From contig MCFE01000412.1 in NCBI GenBank assembly GCA_002104905.1, positions 1 through 64,000 of the forward strand: a stretch of DNA of 64,000 nucleotides, read 5' to 3'. Numbering within the stretch: position 1 is the stretch's first letter; each line of letters opens with the position of its first letter. The stretch is from Basidiobolus meristosporus CBS 931.73. Its lineage: Eukaryota > Fungi > Basidiobolomycota. A model generated the notes under the pieces. It searched no databases, was not told the DNA's origin, and was given only the letters and a program-made list of their open reading frames with translations. Shown in pieces: positions 12,354 through 24,469 of the stretch. Position numbers and translations under genes: made by a program.

Positions 12354-14296
12354 GCCACTGCAGAAGGACTAAGTTTCAGCTTTGACAATTCTGGATGCAA
12401 GATCACTGATCAAAATGGTGCCCATATTGTTTGGGTATCCAAGGTCAAAATCTGTACAAGTTGACTTATACTCCATCATATTTGGAAGCCAAATAAGTAG
12501 CTTAAATGAAGAAACACCAATGCTTTGGCATAGGAGATTTGGACAAATCAATTTTGATTATTTGCGCAAAATGATCAAGGATCAGCTAATTTCTGGAGTG
12601 AAAATTGATCCCCTAGCTAATTTGGAGCACTGTGAAGCCTGCATATATGGGAAACAAGCTAGACAATCATTCAAGAGCTCTGGGTTAATCAAAACTAAGA
12701 AAAAATAGATCCAATTCACTTAGATCTGTGTGGACCTATGCAAAATTTATCCTTAGGCAGGATGAAGTATTTAATCACCTTCATTGATGATTATACAAGA
12801 TACACATAGGTCTACTTCATGAAGATAAAGGAAGAGACTCTGTCTAAGTTCAGGGAGCCTAAAGCCATGGTGGAGAGAGAAATCGGTGGAAAAATCAAGA
12901 AAATACGCTCCAACAATGGTGGAGAATATACCTCAAAGCTCTTCATCCACTTCTGCCAAAATCATGGGATAAAGTAAGAGACTACTGCACCATACTCCCC
13001 ACAGCAAAATGGAGTAGCAGAATGTGCTAAGAAATCAATAATTCATATAGCAAGATCTTTGATCCATGATCAAAAATTGACCTATGATTTTTGGGCGGAA
13101 TCAGTTGCCACTGCTGCAAACCTTAAAAGTTGGAGTTATAGCACAATACTTGGTGATTCTGCTCCATTTGAAACATGGTATGGATACAGACCAAGTGCAG
13201 AACATCTAAAAATATATGGGTGTACAGCATATGCCAAAAAACTGCCCGGAAATCTGTCAAAATTTGAGCCAAAAGTGTAAAATGCATATTTTTAGGCAAC
13301 TGCAATGAAAGTAAGAAATACAGACTCTACTATACCAAAGCAAAGAAGCTGATCAAGTCCAGGGATGTGTTGTTTGATGAAAATTCAAAATGTTCACAAA
13401 ACATGACATCAGATGATGACAAAAATTTGATCCAAGTGAATGCTCATCAGCTCAGAAAAGAGATATTGAGAGTAGTCAATTTTGAGAAACTTGGAATTCA
13501 GCTGATACTATGATGGTATTTTGCTGGCCTTTTTTTTTAGGTTACCCTAATGGAGACAAACCTTAACTTTGTCAATACTCAGCCAAATCAAGAGAGCTTG
13601 GTGCCATCTGAAAGCCCCAACTTTCCTTATCAATCAATGGTTGGCAGTCTGATGTATATTATGCTTGGAACATGTCCAGATATCTCATATTCAGTGGGAG
13701 CTGTCTGCCAGCATAATCAGAACTATGGATCTGATCATATTGCAGCAGTTAAGCAGATTTTTAGATACCTAAAAGGAACTGCTGATATCTGCTTAAGATA
13801 CACTTATAAGGATTCAGAACAGGATCTTATGGGATATTCTGATATTGATTGGGGACAAAATTTAGAAGACTGAAGATCCACCACAGGATACACCTTTCTT
13901 TACTGTCAAGGAGCAGTTTCATGGAATTCAAGAAAGCAACCAACTGTAGCACTTTCTACCACAGAGGCAGAGTACATGGCAGCCTGTGAAGCTACAAAAG
14001 AAGCAATGTGGTTAAGAAAGCTGTTTGCAGACTTAGGCCAATGTCAAAAAATGCCTATTACTTTATTTCAAGATAATTAAGGATGTATACAATTAGGTAG
14101 AAATCCAACTTTTCATGCTAGAACTTAGCACATAGATATTAGACATCATTTTGTATGTGAAGCCATAGAGAATAACTTAGCTTAGTTTACTGTCCCTCAG
14201 ATGAAATGATTGCAGACATATTCACCAAACTATTAGCTAAAGACAAGTTTGAATATTTTAGGTCAAAATTAGGACTGGTCAGTATGAACATTTAGC
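12354..14296 (+). pseudogene. Copia pol remnants (integrase, partial RT, RNase H)
   Basis: ORFs 12382-12708, 13059-13280 and 13550-13873, plus RNase H-like [19 protein letters not shown]; most of the RT core is missing near 13500-13550. Confidence 0.85.
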
Positions 14297-14306
14297 TGAG
14301 TGGGAG

Positions 14307-14655
14307 TGTTGTAAAAATTTGTAATTCCACCTAAATATTCACCTAACTTAGTCACTTAGATCCTTACCCTCAAATCCTAGAGAATACTGACCAAATTCCG
14401 TGCTTGGATTAACTTAGAATATTTTCACCAAAATACCAGGTACCCAGAACATAAAAATTCTCAAAGTTGTCCAAACAGCCCCAAACTTTGCGCACATGTT
14501 CTTGGGATCTTTCTTAACCTATTCTACATGCTTGTTATGCCAAAACCATGTAAAAGTATAAATGCTACTTTTACATTCAATAAATCATTAAGTGCAAACC
14601 ACATAATCTACATGCTCTCCCAATCACTTCCAATATCTCCAAGACTCTTATAACA
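14307..14655 (+). repeat. 3' LTR of copia 1, preceded by polypurine tract GAGTGGGAG (14298-14306)
   Basis: TGTTG...TAACA; matches the 5' LTR. Confidence 0.95.
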
Positions 14656-15453
14656 ACCACCACCTGTATTAGCTAGTATGTTGTCAGCTAATACCAAACC
14701 ATCAATTAAGCAATAAGGTGCAGTGGCTGATAGGATTGATTCAATGGCCCAGAGAAATCAGGAAATAGTCCAGAAACAGGATGATTGAATAATACATGTA
14801 GAGGAGTCAATATCCAAGGTAGAGAAAGCTGTATCTTTGTTACAAAGAAGGAACCCAAGTAGCTTAATGTCACAGCCATGAACTGAGCCATTTCCTAATG
14901 TAACAGCAGAGGCACACTGTATAGTCTTTGAAGCACAACAACAGTGCCCAAAGATAAAGCCCACAGAAAAACCTATCACAGCATAGGAGGGAAACAATGT
15001 GGTGTTTCTACCAAAGCCTAAAAATCAAAAGACACTGAAGATCTGTAAAGCCAATGAGTGCTATAAAGAAGAGTGGGCTAATATTCAGGAGGCTGTCAGA
15101 AGTCTAGCATGCCATCACCTTAAGGCCGGCATGCCATGGCACCATTGGGAACTCAAGGCCAAGTGGAATGTGCTTGACTTGTTCCATGAGCATTATCTTG
15201 AAGTCAAATGGGCAAACAATTTTTGGGCCAGCATTGGTATGCTAACAAAGAATCAAAAGAATAGCAGAAACTATAAAAGGCAGAAGCACAAGGGTGCCAT
15301 GGCTAAAAAAAACAGTGGTTTTCTCAAGAGCCTGTTACAAGCAGGGCCAAAAGCTTCAAACAAGAGTCAAAGAGATGTCAGGTAGTTGGAAGAGTGCCAA
15401 TAAGGCACAAGTAGGTAGACACAGATGCACCATCACAACATTAATCAAGGAAT

Positions 15454-16920
15454 GGTTGAAAAAATTTGTAATTCCACCTATATATTCACCAAGCTTATTC
15501 ACTTCAATCACTACCTTCAAATCCTAGGGAATACTTACCAAATTCTATGTTGGGATTTACTTAGAATATTTCACCAAAATACCAGGTACCCAGAACATGA
15601 AAATTTTCAAAGCTGTCTAAGCAGCCCAAAGCTTTGCATACATGTTCTTGGGACCTTTGTGAGCCTATTCTATGTGTTTGTAATGCCAAGACCATGTAAA
15701 TGCATAAACACTACTTTTTCATTCAATAGATTGTTCAGTGAAAACCACACAATCTACTTGTTCTCCCAATAACTTCCAATATCTCCAAGACTCTTACAAC
15801 AGGTTGTGAGCCCCAAGCTGTCACTCTCTGCAATGTCCACTGCTGCTATCATTGGAAATATTCCCTCTGCTGAAAAGTTGGATGGATCTAATTACCAATG
15901 GTGGAAGGTGAAGATGAAGATGCTGCTACAAGTGAGAGTCCATTGGGATATTGTCATGGGAGAATAATGCCCTCCTAAAGACATGGGAGAGGAAGCCTTA
16001 AAATACCAGAAGAAAGAACAAAGTGCCTTAAACTGCATTTGCCTTAATGTTAAAGACCAATTGCTAATTCAATGCTCAAGAGCAAAAATGGCTAAGAATG
16101 CCGGGAAGGCATTAGAAGACAAGTATCAGTCATGTTCAGCTGCTAAGGAAGTGTATCTTAGACAAAAATCCTTTGCTACAAAGATGTTGCCAGGAGAATA
16201 AATGAGAAACTTAATTAACAGAATTACCCTGCTGGTGGATGATATGGAATATGTGAGTGTACCAACTACTGATGAGGATGGGATAGTAACCATCCTGAAT
16301 AGCCTGAGAGACAAGTATCAGGGCCTTGTATCACCCCTTGAGTCAAGAGCTGAAGAGCAGACCTTAAATTATGTACATGGAAGGCTCTGGGTTGAAGAAT
16401 TAAAAAATCAATCACTAATAAGGAAGAATAAAATGCTATAATAAGCAATGATCACCAACAAAGGAGACACTCAAGACCTTTCAAAGGCAAAAGCAACCTG
16501 CTTTGTAACTACTGCAAAAGGAAAGGACACATCAGACCGGTACTTCAAAAAAAGAGATAGTCAGCAGAAAAAGCCTGAATATGGAAATGCTGCAACAACT
16601 GAAAACAGACTATTCATATCTGCAATGAATATGACCATAAACAAGGATTCTCAGATGTGGTATATTGACTCTGGAGCATCTTAACACTTTACACACTAAA
16701 AAGAACTTTTTACCCAATATGAAGAAATTCCCATTAAGAAGGTTTTCATGGGTGACAATAGAACACTTGATGCAGTGGGAGAAGGAACTATCCAAGTAAA
16801 TTTTAAAGATCATTTAAAAGTATAAATACCACTTTTATATTCAATGAATCAATTAGGGAAAACCACATAGTCTACTTGTTCTCCCAAATCACTTCCAATA
16901 TCTCCAGGACTCTTATAATA
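15454..16920 (+). mobile_element. Second copia of the same family, with a deletion from protease to mid-3' LTR
   Basis: 5' LTR 15454-15801; PBS GGTTGTGAGCCC; decayed gag/protease; last ~120 bp of the LTR at ~16800-16920; flanks GGAAT / GGAAA. Confidence 0.85.
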
Positions 16921-18371
16921 GGAAAAAGTGTAGTACTACTCAAGAAGCACTCAGTCAAAGTAGCAGTGAAGTACCTGACAGTGATAACAATCAGTGGCTT
17001 TCTCAGGAGCCTGTCACAACTACAGCTGAGAGCCTGAAACAAGCAGTATAGAAATGTCAAGTTGCCAGGAGAGTGCCAGCAAGAGACAAGCAGGCCATAA
17101 CAGATGCATCAGAGCAGAATTCATTAAGGAGAAAATGTAGTTCATTACAAGAGGCACTCAGACAAAGTAGCAGTGAAAGACCTGGCAGTGATAAAGGGAA
17201 AGGGAAAAATGTCTACCCAAGCCTGAGACAGGGAAGCATACAAAAAAAAAGGTAGATGAGTTTGCAGAGAAAGGCAACTTGTCTACCACAGCTCCACATC
17301 CTCCATTGTTGACAGAGTGGAGATCCCACTGACAGACAAGGCTACAACATCAAGAACTCAAAAGACTATTACAATGCCTTCAGTGGAATTTTGGAGCATT
17401 AATAGGCACACCAAGAGGTTGCAGCACTTCTTTGAGAGCAGTGCTCAGGAAAAAGCACATGAATATTGCAAGGACTTATTACAAAGACTGGCAGATGAGG
17501 AGCTAGACCTTACAGTGCCAGCTGAAGACCAAGATGTGTGGGAACCAGTGAATGAACAGTGGCATAAAGCTGTTGGGTTCCCATTGGAGTCATGGGAACA
17601 GAGTGTTAGAGCAGAAATACTTATTGAGTGGTGGATTTTAATGGAGTTACTTGTTGAGTGTGGGGTTGGGCTTAGTGTTAGTCTTTGGTATAGGGACTTG
17701 TATTGGTTTATACAATTGGCAATTGAGGTACAACTGAAGTTTCAACAGAAATCAATCAATTTGTACACAAAAAAAAGTAAGAGAAATGGTTGAGTCAGGA
17801 AGTAAGGAGCATGAAAAAGAGGCAATAGCCAATCAATGTACACATGCATAGGAGGTGCTCAAATGTCTGGGATCCAAAAGTGGGCAAATTGGCAAGGAAT
17901 CAATCAAAAGCCACTTATGTGTTGTTGTGATGAAAAATTTTGACCAAGTTTTTTGTGAAATCTGGGGTGCAATTTTGCTTAGTGGTCTCTGAATGATGAC
18001 CAAATGGCATCAATACCTCTTAGTTATGGAATTTAGGTTTTGTCACAGCCTTTTAATGCATGCATTGTAGTCAGTTATCATTTGTGTGCATTATCAACTT
18101 GGCTCTTCTCTCAACTTTAACCAACCTGACTTCAGCACAACCCCAGCTCCTGGTGCAAAAATGACAGAGGAAATGATTTTGGTAGGTACTTTGTGGATCC
18201 AAGTGGGCTTGTTAGTTCATCTACCAGTCAATAATGTGCTATTTTGGCCAGGAAAGCATCATGTTTCTGTCAATATTAGAAATGGGGGTTTAAGGACCTG
18301 CAGTTCTTTCATGTTAGATCATTAACTAATGCAACTCATCAGAAATATGGCACAAAGAGAATATTGTAGTA

Positions 18372-18706
18372 TGTTGTAAGAGTCTTAGAGATATCAAAGT
18401 GATTGGTAGATTAAGTAGATTTTGCTGTTTCACTTGGTAATTTATTCAGCATAAAAGTAGTCTATTTACTTCTGCATGGTTTTGGCAAAGCAAATTTGTA
18501 GAATATATCTAGGAAGGTCTCAAGAGTATATGTGCAATGTTTGGAAATTCTTGAGAATGTTTTTGTTCTGCATACATGATATTTTGGTGGAAATATTTTA
18601 ATTAAATGCCAATAAGGAATTTGGCTAGAATTCTCCAAGATTTGTGTACATTGATTGAAGTGACCCAGTTAGGTGAATATTTAGGTGTAAATACAAATTT
18701 ACAACA
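18372..18706 (-). mobile_element. Solo LTR of the same copia family, reverse orientation
   Basis: Reverse complement reads TGTTGTAAATTTGTATTTACACCTAAATATTCACCTAAC...AAGACTCTTACAACA; flanks TAGTA / TAATG (degenerate TSD). Confidence 0.85.
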
Positions 18707-19389
18707 TAATGTGGCTAACAACATCTAACCCTGATACCACCATGATACCATCATGTGTTAAACAACACTTTGACAATTAAGAATGTCTGAGTGGAAACCA
18801 TATAATTGGTATGCTCTACCAGCCACTTCCAATATCTTCCATTCTCCTATAACATATTGAAAATGCATATATATGCAGGACACTGATTAGTAAGGGCTTT
18901 TGTCTAAGGTGTGAAGCTGACTTGCAATGAAATATATTGATACAGAAATATATCCCTTGGCTGGAATACTGCAGTTTGGCTTTGGTGGCCATGTGGAATC
19001 TTCATACTGTGGTCAGTCCATTCCATATGCAAAGCTTGAAGTGTGGCCACATGGTATCTCACAGGTTCAAAGCAATTGTAGTATTCTAGTTGCCAGAGGA
19101 TACCTCAAGAGATATTGGGGATACCAGCAAAACTACGGAGAAACATCCAAGCTTGATATATTCAAACAGAAATGGACCCCAATCAAGGTAGCCTAGTCCG
19201 CATGCGGTTAAAGAATCGATACAAATGTGTGGATGGTTGGCACATGACAGTGGTGCTTCTCCCAGACATATTACTACTACATCCATCCATTGGGCCGGAT
19301 TCATGGGTAGGGGGTTTGTTCGGCAGGCTCCGTGATCCAAACCGAATTTTGATCACCACCTGCGGTGGGAAAGGTGTGACACCTGTGTC

Positions 19390-19397
19390 CACGTGAC
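19390..19397. promoter_or_regulatory. E-box CACGTGAC upstream of KU80 (also at 39629-39636 in the ATG15/PRP6 divergent promoter)
   Basis: Motif match to the bHLH (Cbf1/USF-type) consensus only. Confidence 0.3.
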
Positions 19398-19480
19398 CCG
19401 AGGGAGGATTCATGACCAGGAAATAAACAAACGGTTTGAAGAAGGAAACCACGTAGCCAACCCGAAAGAATCGACCAACC

Positions 19481-21914
19481 ATGTCCAAAGAGTTAACGAT
19501 GTACATATTGGACGTCGGCCCAGGCATGTGGAAAGACGGGGACCTTGGGAAGTCCTCGTACCTGAGCAAGGCGTCGGAGATCTTGGAGCTCATGCTGCAC
19601 CCCAAGGTACCCACACCAAGAGAAGTTTGAGGAGTGAGCGACGGGGCTCACCCCGGTCCTAACCCAGACCTAGCTAACCTGGTTTCTTATGGAACTACCA
19701 TAGCTGTGCCACCCGAAGAAGAGCGAGGAGGTGGCGTTCGTGGTGTTCGGAAGCGATGGTAATTTTTCTGCCGAGGGGGCTGGCAGTGCATGTTGGGTGG
19801 TGTTGACTGAGCACGAAGGTGATCCTTACACTTTCTTGGATTTTTTTACGTGTAGAGACGGACAATATTCTGGCGTTTAACGACGAGTACCAGCACGTTT
19901 CCGTCCTAAGGGAACCGAAGAACGTCGACCTGGAGCTTCTACTTATGATGACCTCCCAGCTGGCCAAGGGGAACGCCGAGGCGGATGGTAGGTCCACCGG
20001 TCACCACCTTTCGGGAAACCACTTCACCAAGCTAACTTGAGCCTGTCGGTACGTCGGACGGTAGCACTGGATGCGATAATCGTAGGGATCGACATGATGC
20101 AACAGCACTGTAACCAAAGACGATACACCAAGCGCATGGTACTCCTGACGAGCGCCGAATCACCCATCAACTTTGCCGACGCTGAGGATGTATCGAACCA
20201 ATTGATCCAAGACGGGATTGACCTCTACGTCGTGTAAGTGCACTCCTACTCATCCCGCCAAGCCGTCCGCTAACCTCTCCCTTGGAACAGCGGGGCCGGG
20301 TTCGATCTGGAACAGAAGTCGAAAACCAAGGTACGCGCTGAGAGTGGAATCCTCCCCCACGGAACATCCCATTGACTCGTCGTTTCTCAGTCACTCAACG
20401 AACGCTTCCTGAGGACCCTGGTGAGCCGGGTGAGCGGGAAGCTATTCACCATGCCCGAGGCGCTGGAGATACTCTCCGAATTCCAGACGAAAACGGTCCG
20501 CCCCACCGCTAGCTTCCGGGGGCACCTATACTTGGGGGATCCAAGCGTGTATCCTGACACGGCGATGGAGATCCCGGTGGTTGGGTACACCCGCACCACC
20601 CCCTTGGCCATCCCCAGCGCCAAGAAATGGTCCACGTTGGCCGAGGTGGCAGCGAACGACCAAGGCAAAACCCACGAGGTCAGCGTTGGTCGCACTCATC
20701 AGATGGTGGATCAAGGCTCAGAAGTGGCTTACCAGGATCTGGAAAAAGCCTATTTCTACGGGCGAACCCTGGTCCCCTTGAAGAAGGCAGACGAGGAGAT
20801 GTTGGCATTGCCCGCGCAGAAAGGGCTATTTATCCTGGGGTTCTTCGAGGCAAGGGAGTTCCGTCGCGAATGGGAAGCATCCAATGTGATGACCTTCGCT
20901 GCGGCCCCAAAGAACCCCCATGCGAGCGTGGGATTATCGGCATTGATTCACGCGATGTACGAAAAAGATGCCTACGCCCTGGTCAGGTATTGCCGTACCG
21001 AGAACGGGATAGTGAAGCTAGGCGTACTGAAGCCCCACATCAAGGCCGAATACGAGTGCCTGTACTATGTCAAGGTAAGCAGCGACACGGCCCCTCGGGT
21101 GCCTCACCGACCCGACTGACATCATCCCTCCAGGTCCCTTTTGCGGAAGATATCAAGCGGGTCACTTTTCCTTCGCTGGAGTCTCTTGGCAAGAAATCCT
21201 ACCCGTCACAGGAGATGTTGTCTCGCACTCAAGCGTTTATCGAGTCTATGAGTCTCATGGATGCTGGCATCAACGACGAAGGGTAACCCTGAGCGCTTCT
21301 TTTGCCGCCCGATTCCCCTCTAACCCCCATCTCTAGTAAACCTAAGGAAGCCTTCAGACCGAAGGAGATGTACAACCCCGTCTACCAACGATTGTTCCAG
21401 TGTGTACGCTCACGGGCGGTGAACCAGGAGGCCCCTCTACCCGAGTTGAATCCGGCGGTGCTAAAACAATTCGAAATCCCCGATTTGCTGCGGGAACGAA
21501 GCCAAGAGGCTGCCGAAGGGCTTAGGAAGGTCTTCAAAGTACAAAAAGGTAGACCTTACGGGGCTGATTTTTCGTCGTCACCTGATACTAATCTTCAGGT
21601 TTACAGTGGAGCCGACCAAGCGGTGGAAGCCCGAGGAAGCCCCGCCAGCACCAACCACCACAGTGGACGAGATTCTTGAGAAAGATGATTTCCCGGACGA
21701 GGTGCTTGAGAAAGATGATTTCCCGGACGAGGTGCTTGAGAAAGATGATTTCCCGGACGAGGTGCTTGAGAAAGATGATTTCCCGGACGAGGTGCTCGAG
21801 AACGAGGATTTCCCGGACGAGGAGCCTGAGAAAGATGATTTCCCAGACGAGGTGCTTGAGAAAGAGGATTTTCCGGACGAGATGGTTGAGAAAGATGATT
21901 TCCTGTTTGTATAG
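19481..21914 (+). CDS. KU80: Ku80 DNA end-binding protein (multi-exon), ending in an acidic repeat tail
   Basis: MSKELTMYILDVGPGM; HPKKSEEVAFVVFGSD; ALDAIIVGIDMM; YFYGRTLVP; LSALIHAMYEKDAYALVRY; VPFAEDIK; MYNPVYQRLFQCV; GT-AG introns join these in frame. Confidence 0.92.
21666..21903 (+). repeat. Coding minisatellite: 30-bp unit GAGAAAGATGATTTCCCGGACGAGGTGCTT, 7 full units plus partials, encoding (EKDDFPDEVL)n
   Basis: Directly visible; full units start at 21678 with period 30. Confidence 0.97.
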
Positions 21915-22181
21915 TAGCCGACGGTTGTAGCAGACGATTCCTGGACGGCCATTGTTATGTTTGTACCATCTAAATAAACGCAACCATTCTCAGAGGGATT
22001 GGATCACAGGGGGGATTTCCCAATAAGGTTACTCGCCGATGGCTCACCTCTGATCGGACTCCCCTAAAATCACGCATGTGATGGCGAGTAGGAAGGAAAA
22101 TCTGGCCTATATCATGAGATCCATGAGATACCCAGATTTGTGTGAGTTTACTTTCAACCTGGCCGTTCCAACGAGTAAAGA

Positions 22182-23924
22182 ATGGAAAGTGATTCGGAAT
22201 TTACGGATGCCCCAGAGTTCATTCCAGCCTCCCCTTCCAACAAGGTGACCTCGGTCCCATCTGAGTCCTCATCCATGGAGAGTGCTCCTGCAACCAAAAC
22301 CACCCACCCCGCCTCCCCCAGACTCGAACACGTCGACTTTGCCGACGACCCACCGCAGAATGGGCACCAGACAGAGACGCCACAGGTGGTCAATGGGGAG
22401 GTCGAACCCAGCGTCAACCTCATTGATTTTGACTTTGGTTCGTCCGAGAAGGTGGCCTTCCCTGAAGGGAGTCTCTGTGAAAATCGCTCACCCCCGAAGG
22501 CGTATGAAAGTTTCGATCCCTTCTCAGGGGCCGGCTTGACACGGACCGACTCGAGCTCTACCAAATTCAGTCAGAAGGATATCCTTTCCGAGTTCGATGA
22601 CCTTCACCTAGGCCAGGAATTGGACACGAAGGAACTTGCTGGAGAGTTCGGGGGCTTTGGCAGCCAAGGAGACCTCCTGGGGTTGTCTTCCGAGGTTTCC
22701 GGTTTCAAACCAGCCACGTCGGAGTGGCCTACTGAGCCCCAAACCTCAGACGATTTCGGGTTGTCGCCTCAAGATTCATCAGAAACGTCTCTAGAAGAAG
22801 ACCAGCCTGTTGGCGGCGAACCTCCCAAACAAGAACCCTTATACGACGATGTAGAACCTGAAATTGTGGCTGAGGAGCCGGGCCCTCCCCAAGAGGACGA
22901 ATTCAACGGCTTTGCGGATGACATGGACCACGCCCCTGACGCATTCGACGACTTCGATGACGATTTCGCACCCATGAGTCAGGCGAATGGGGACGCGGAC
23001 TTCGGGGACGACTTCGACGACGACTTCGCTCCGATGAACCAGGCGCCGGATGGGGACCAGGATTTCGGGGATGACTTTGACGACTTTGCAGAGGCGGAGC
23101 CTGTGAAGGACAACCTCTTGGTATGAACCGTTTGCACTTTGGAATCCGCCATCGCGGGCTAGTTTCTAACCGTCTATATGTAGTCTGGACTGGTATTCAA
23201 CGACCCGGAGATGGCCAAGGAGGGGGTGGCCAAGATACTGGCCGATGTTTACCCCGTGTCGAGCGAGCGGGACCATGCCTCGGCGAATACTGGCACAAGG
23301 CCATGGTACGTGCGAGAAAGTTGTAGTTGTCAGCCGGAGGGAATATTAACTTGCGTGTAGCTACAGGCCATGGGACGCTCTCCTTGGGCCGAGCCCTCAG
23401 GGGTCGTTCAAATGGGTTCGCTCTCAGATACGTCGGGATTTTCTGATATCACTCAACATCCCCATCAATCTGGACGAGGTACAGTTTGCCACAGGCAGCC
23501 TTCCCTCCACTCCCCCTATATACTGACCCCATCTAGATTTACACACGACGGGCCTCCGTCCTGAAGATCGATTCCCCAGCGGTACTCCCCGGAAGCGGGC
23601 CTATCGACGAGTTCGACATCGCCATGGCCAGATCGCTGTGCAATCTGTCGGAAGGTTGGCTTTCCGCTCGCCCCCAACTTTGCCATTTGATCCTAATCTG
23701 TTGCTCTAGAAACCATACGGAACTACCCGGCCAACGACCTCACCTCCCTATTGGATCAGCTGACCTCACTCTCCAAGCAAACCAACGCGTACTTCGAGTT
23801 CTGGGTCAAGCAGCATGAGAAGGTCAAAGCGGAAGCGGAGGCGATCCACAAGACGATCGAGTGCATGGTGAGCCACGCACAGAAGAACCGCGAGAAGCAG
23901 TCGGGCGAATCGAAATGTAGATAG
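22182..23924 (+). CDS. Acidic protein with DFGD(D)F motifs; aftiphilin/Laa2-like AP-1/clathrin adaptor accessory protein (multi-exon)
   Basis: 314-aa acidic first exon with repeated DFGDDFDD; last exon LTSLSKQTNAYFEFWVKQHEKVKAEAEAIHKTIECMVSHAQK; family call from motif recall. Confidence 0.55.
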
Positions 23925-24469
23925 CGTTGCGAGTGGACTTGTTTTGTAGAACCTCGACTCACGCGGATCGTTGGTATTTTTAGGGTTCAAGAAACGCATC
24001 TCCGGTATTTCCAAGGCCACGTCGCCCAGAAACTCGGCCTCGATCGATGTTGCCCGGAGAAGGCTCTCCATGTGAACAGCACCCATCTTGCTCTTGCTCT
24101 TGCACCTGCACCTGCACCTGCACCCACACCCGTTCCATCCTCCACCCTTTCGCCACCTCCTGTAGATTGCCTTTCTTCGCTCGCCACCCATTCTATTTAA
24201 ATAGTCTACCTACATATACTACAAAGGAACTTTCTCTTTTCATCTAATAAACATAGATAGCTCAGTATCCTAGATCCAGGTACGGATGATTCCGGAATCA
24301 GCCAGGGGATGGGGTTCCTATGACTAAGCAGGTAGATCCGCATTAATAATCCAAGGGCGCCGCAATCCGAACGAAAAATTCTAAATCATCACATGGGCTG
24401 GTTTGGAGCGCAGACATTGCGCTTATTTGAAGGTTAGGGAGCCCACCACCCACCCAGCGTACTTTCACC

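Larger units (their letters stand above)
10386..14655 (+). mobile_element. Ty1/copia LTR retrotransposon, two LTRs, decayed, with an internal RT deletion
   Basis: LTRs at 10386-10734 and 14307-14655; TSD ACCAC (10381-10385, 14656-14660). Contains gag, zinc knuckle CNYCKRKGHTSDQC, protease WYIDSGAS, pre-integrase LWHRRFGQ, integrase, an RT C-terminal fragment (PYQSMVGSLMY) and RNase H. Confidence 0.95.
10100..17793 (+). pseudogene. Large accessory ORF divergent from the CACTA transposase, split by two copia insertions (pieces 10100-10385, 14661-15453, 16926-17793)
   Basis: Removing copia 1 and one TSD restores the frame KTSPPPVLASMLSANTKP, which continues into ORF 14999-15385. An internal ~200-bp duplication is continuous across the copia 2 site. 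Membership of the CACTA element is inferred. Confidence 0.5.

Noticed and set aside
18040-18090. TTTGTGTG as the right terminus of the CACTA element
   Set aside because: The matching left end would lie outside the window, so no TIR or TSD can be verified.
1-19100. Classical RIP as the cause of TE decay
   Set aside because: The visible pattern is CG loss with TG/CA gain rather than dominant CA>TA change; a formal index calculation is still needed.
18707-19196. CpG-poor ORF fragments (18927-19196 + and minus-strand frames)
   Set aside because: Probably a decayed repeat or pseudogene, but no recognisable motif supports a call.
19183-19662. ORFs 19183-19614 (-) and 19393-19662 (+) as separate genes
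   Set aside because: They overlap KU80 exon 1 (ATG 19481) in other frames or on the opposite strand.
21578-21983. Minus-strand and alternate-frame repeat ORFs (SSGKSSFSST; RKMISRTRCL), and a CRISPR-like reading of the 30-bp array
   Set aside because: These are shadows of the Ku80 coding minisatellite; the units are contiguous with no unique spacers and no cas genes.
24085-24130. Hexamer runs (TCTTGC/ACCTGC/ACCCAC), with a similar run at ~25905-25950
   Set aside because: Ordinary 3' UTR microsatellites.
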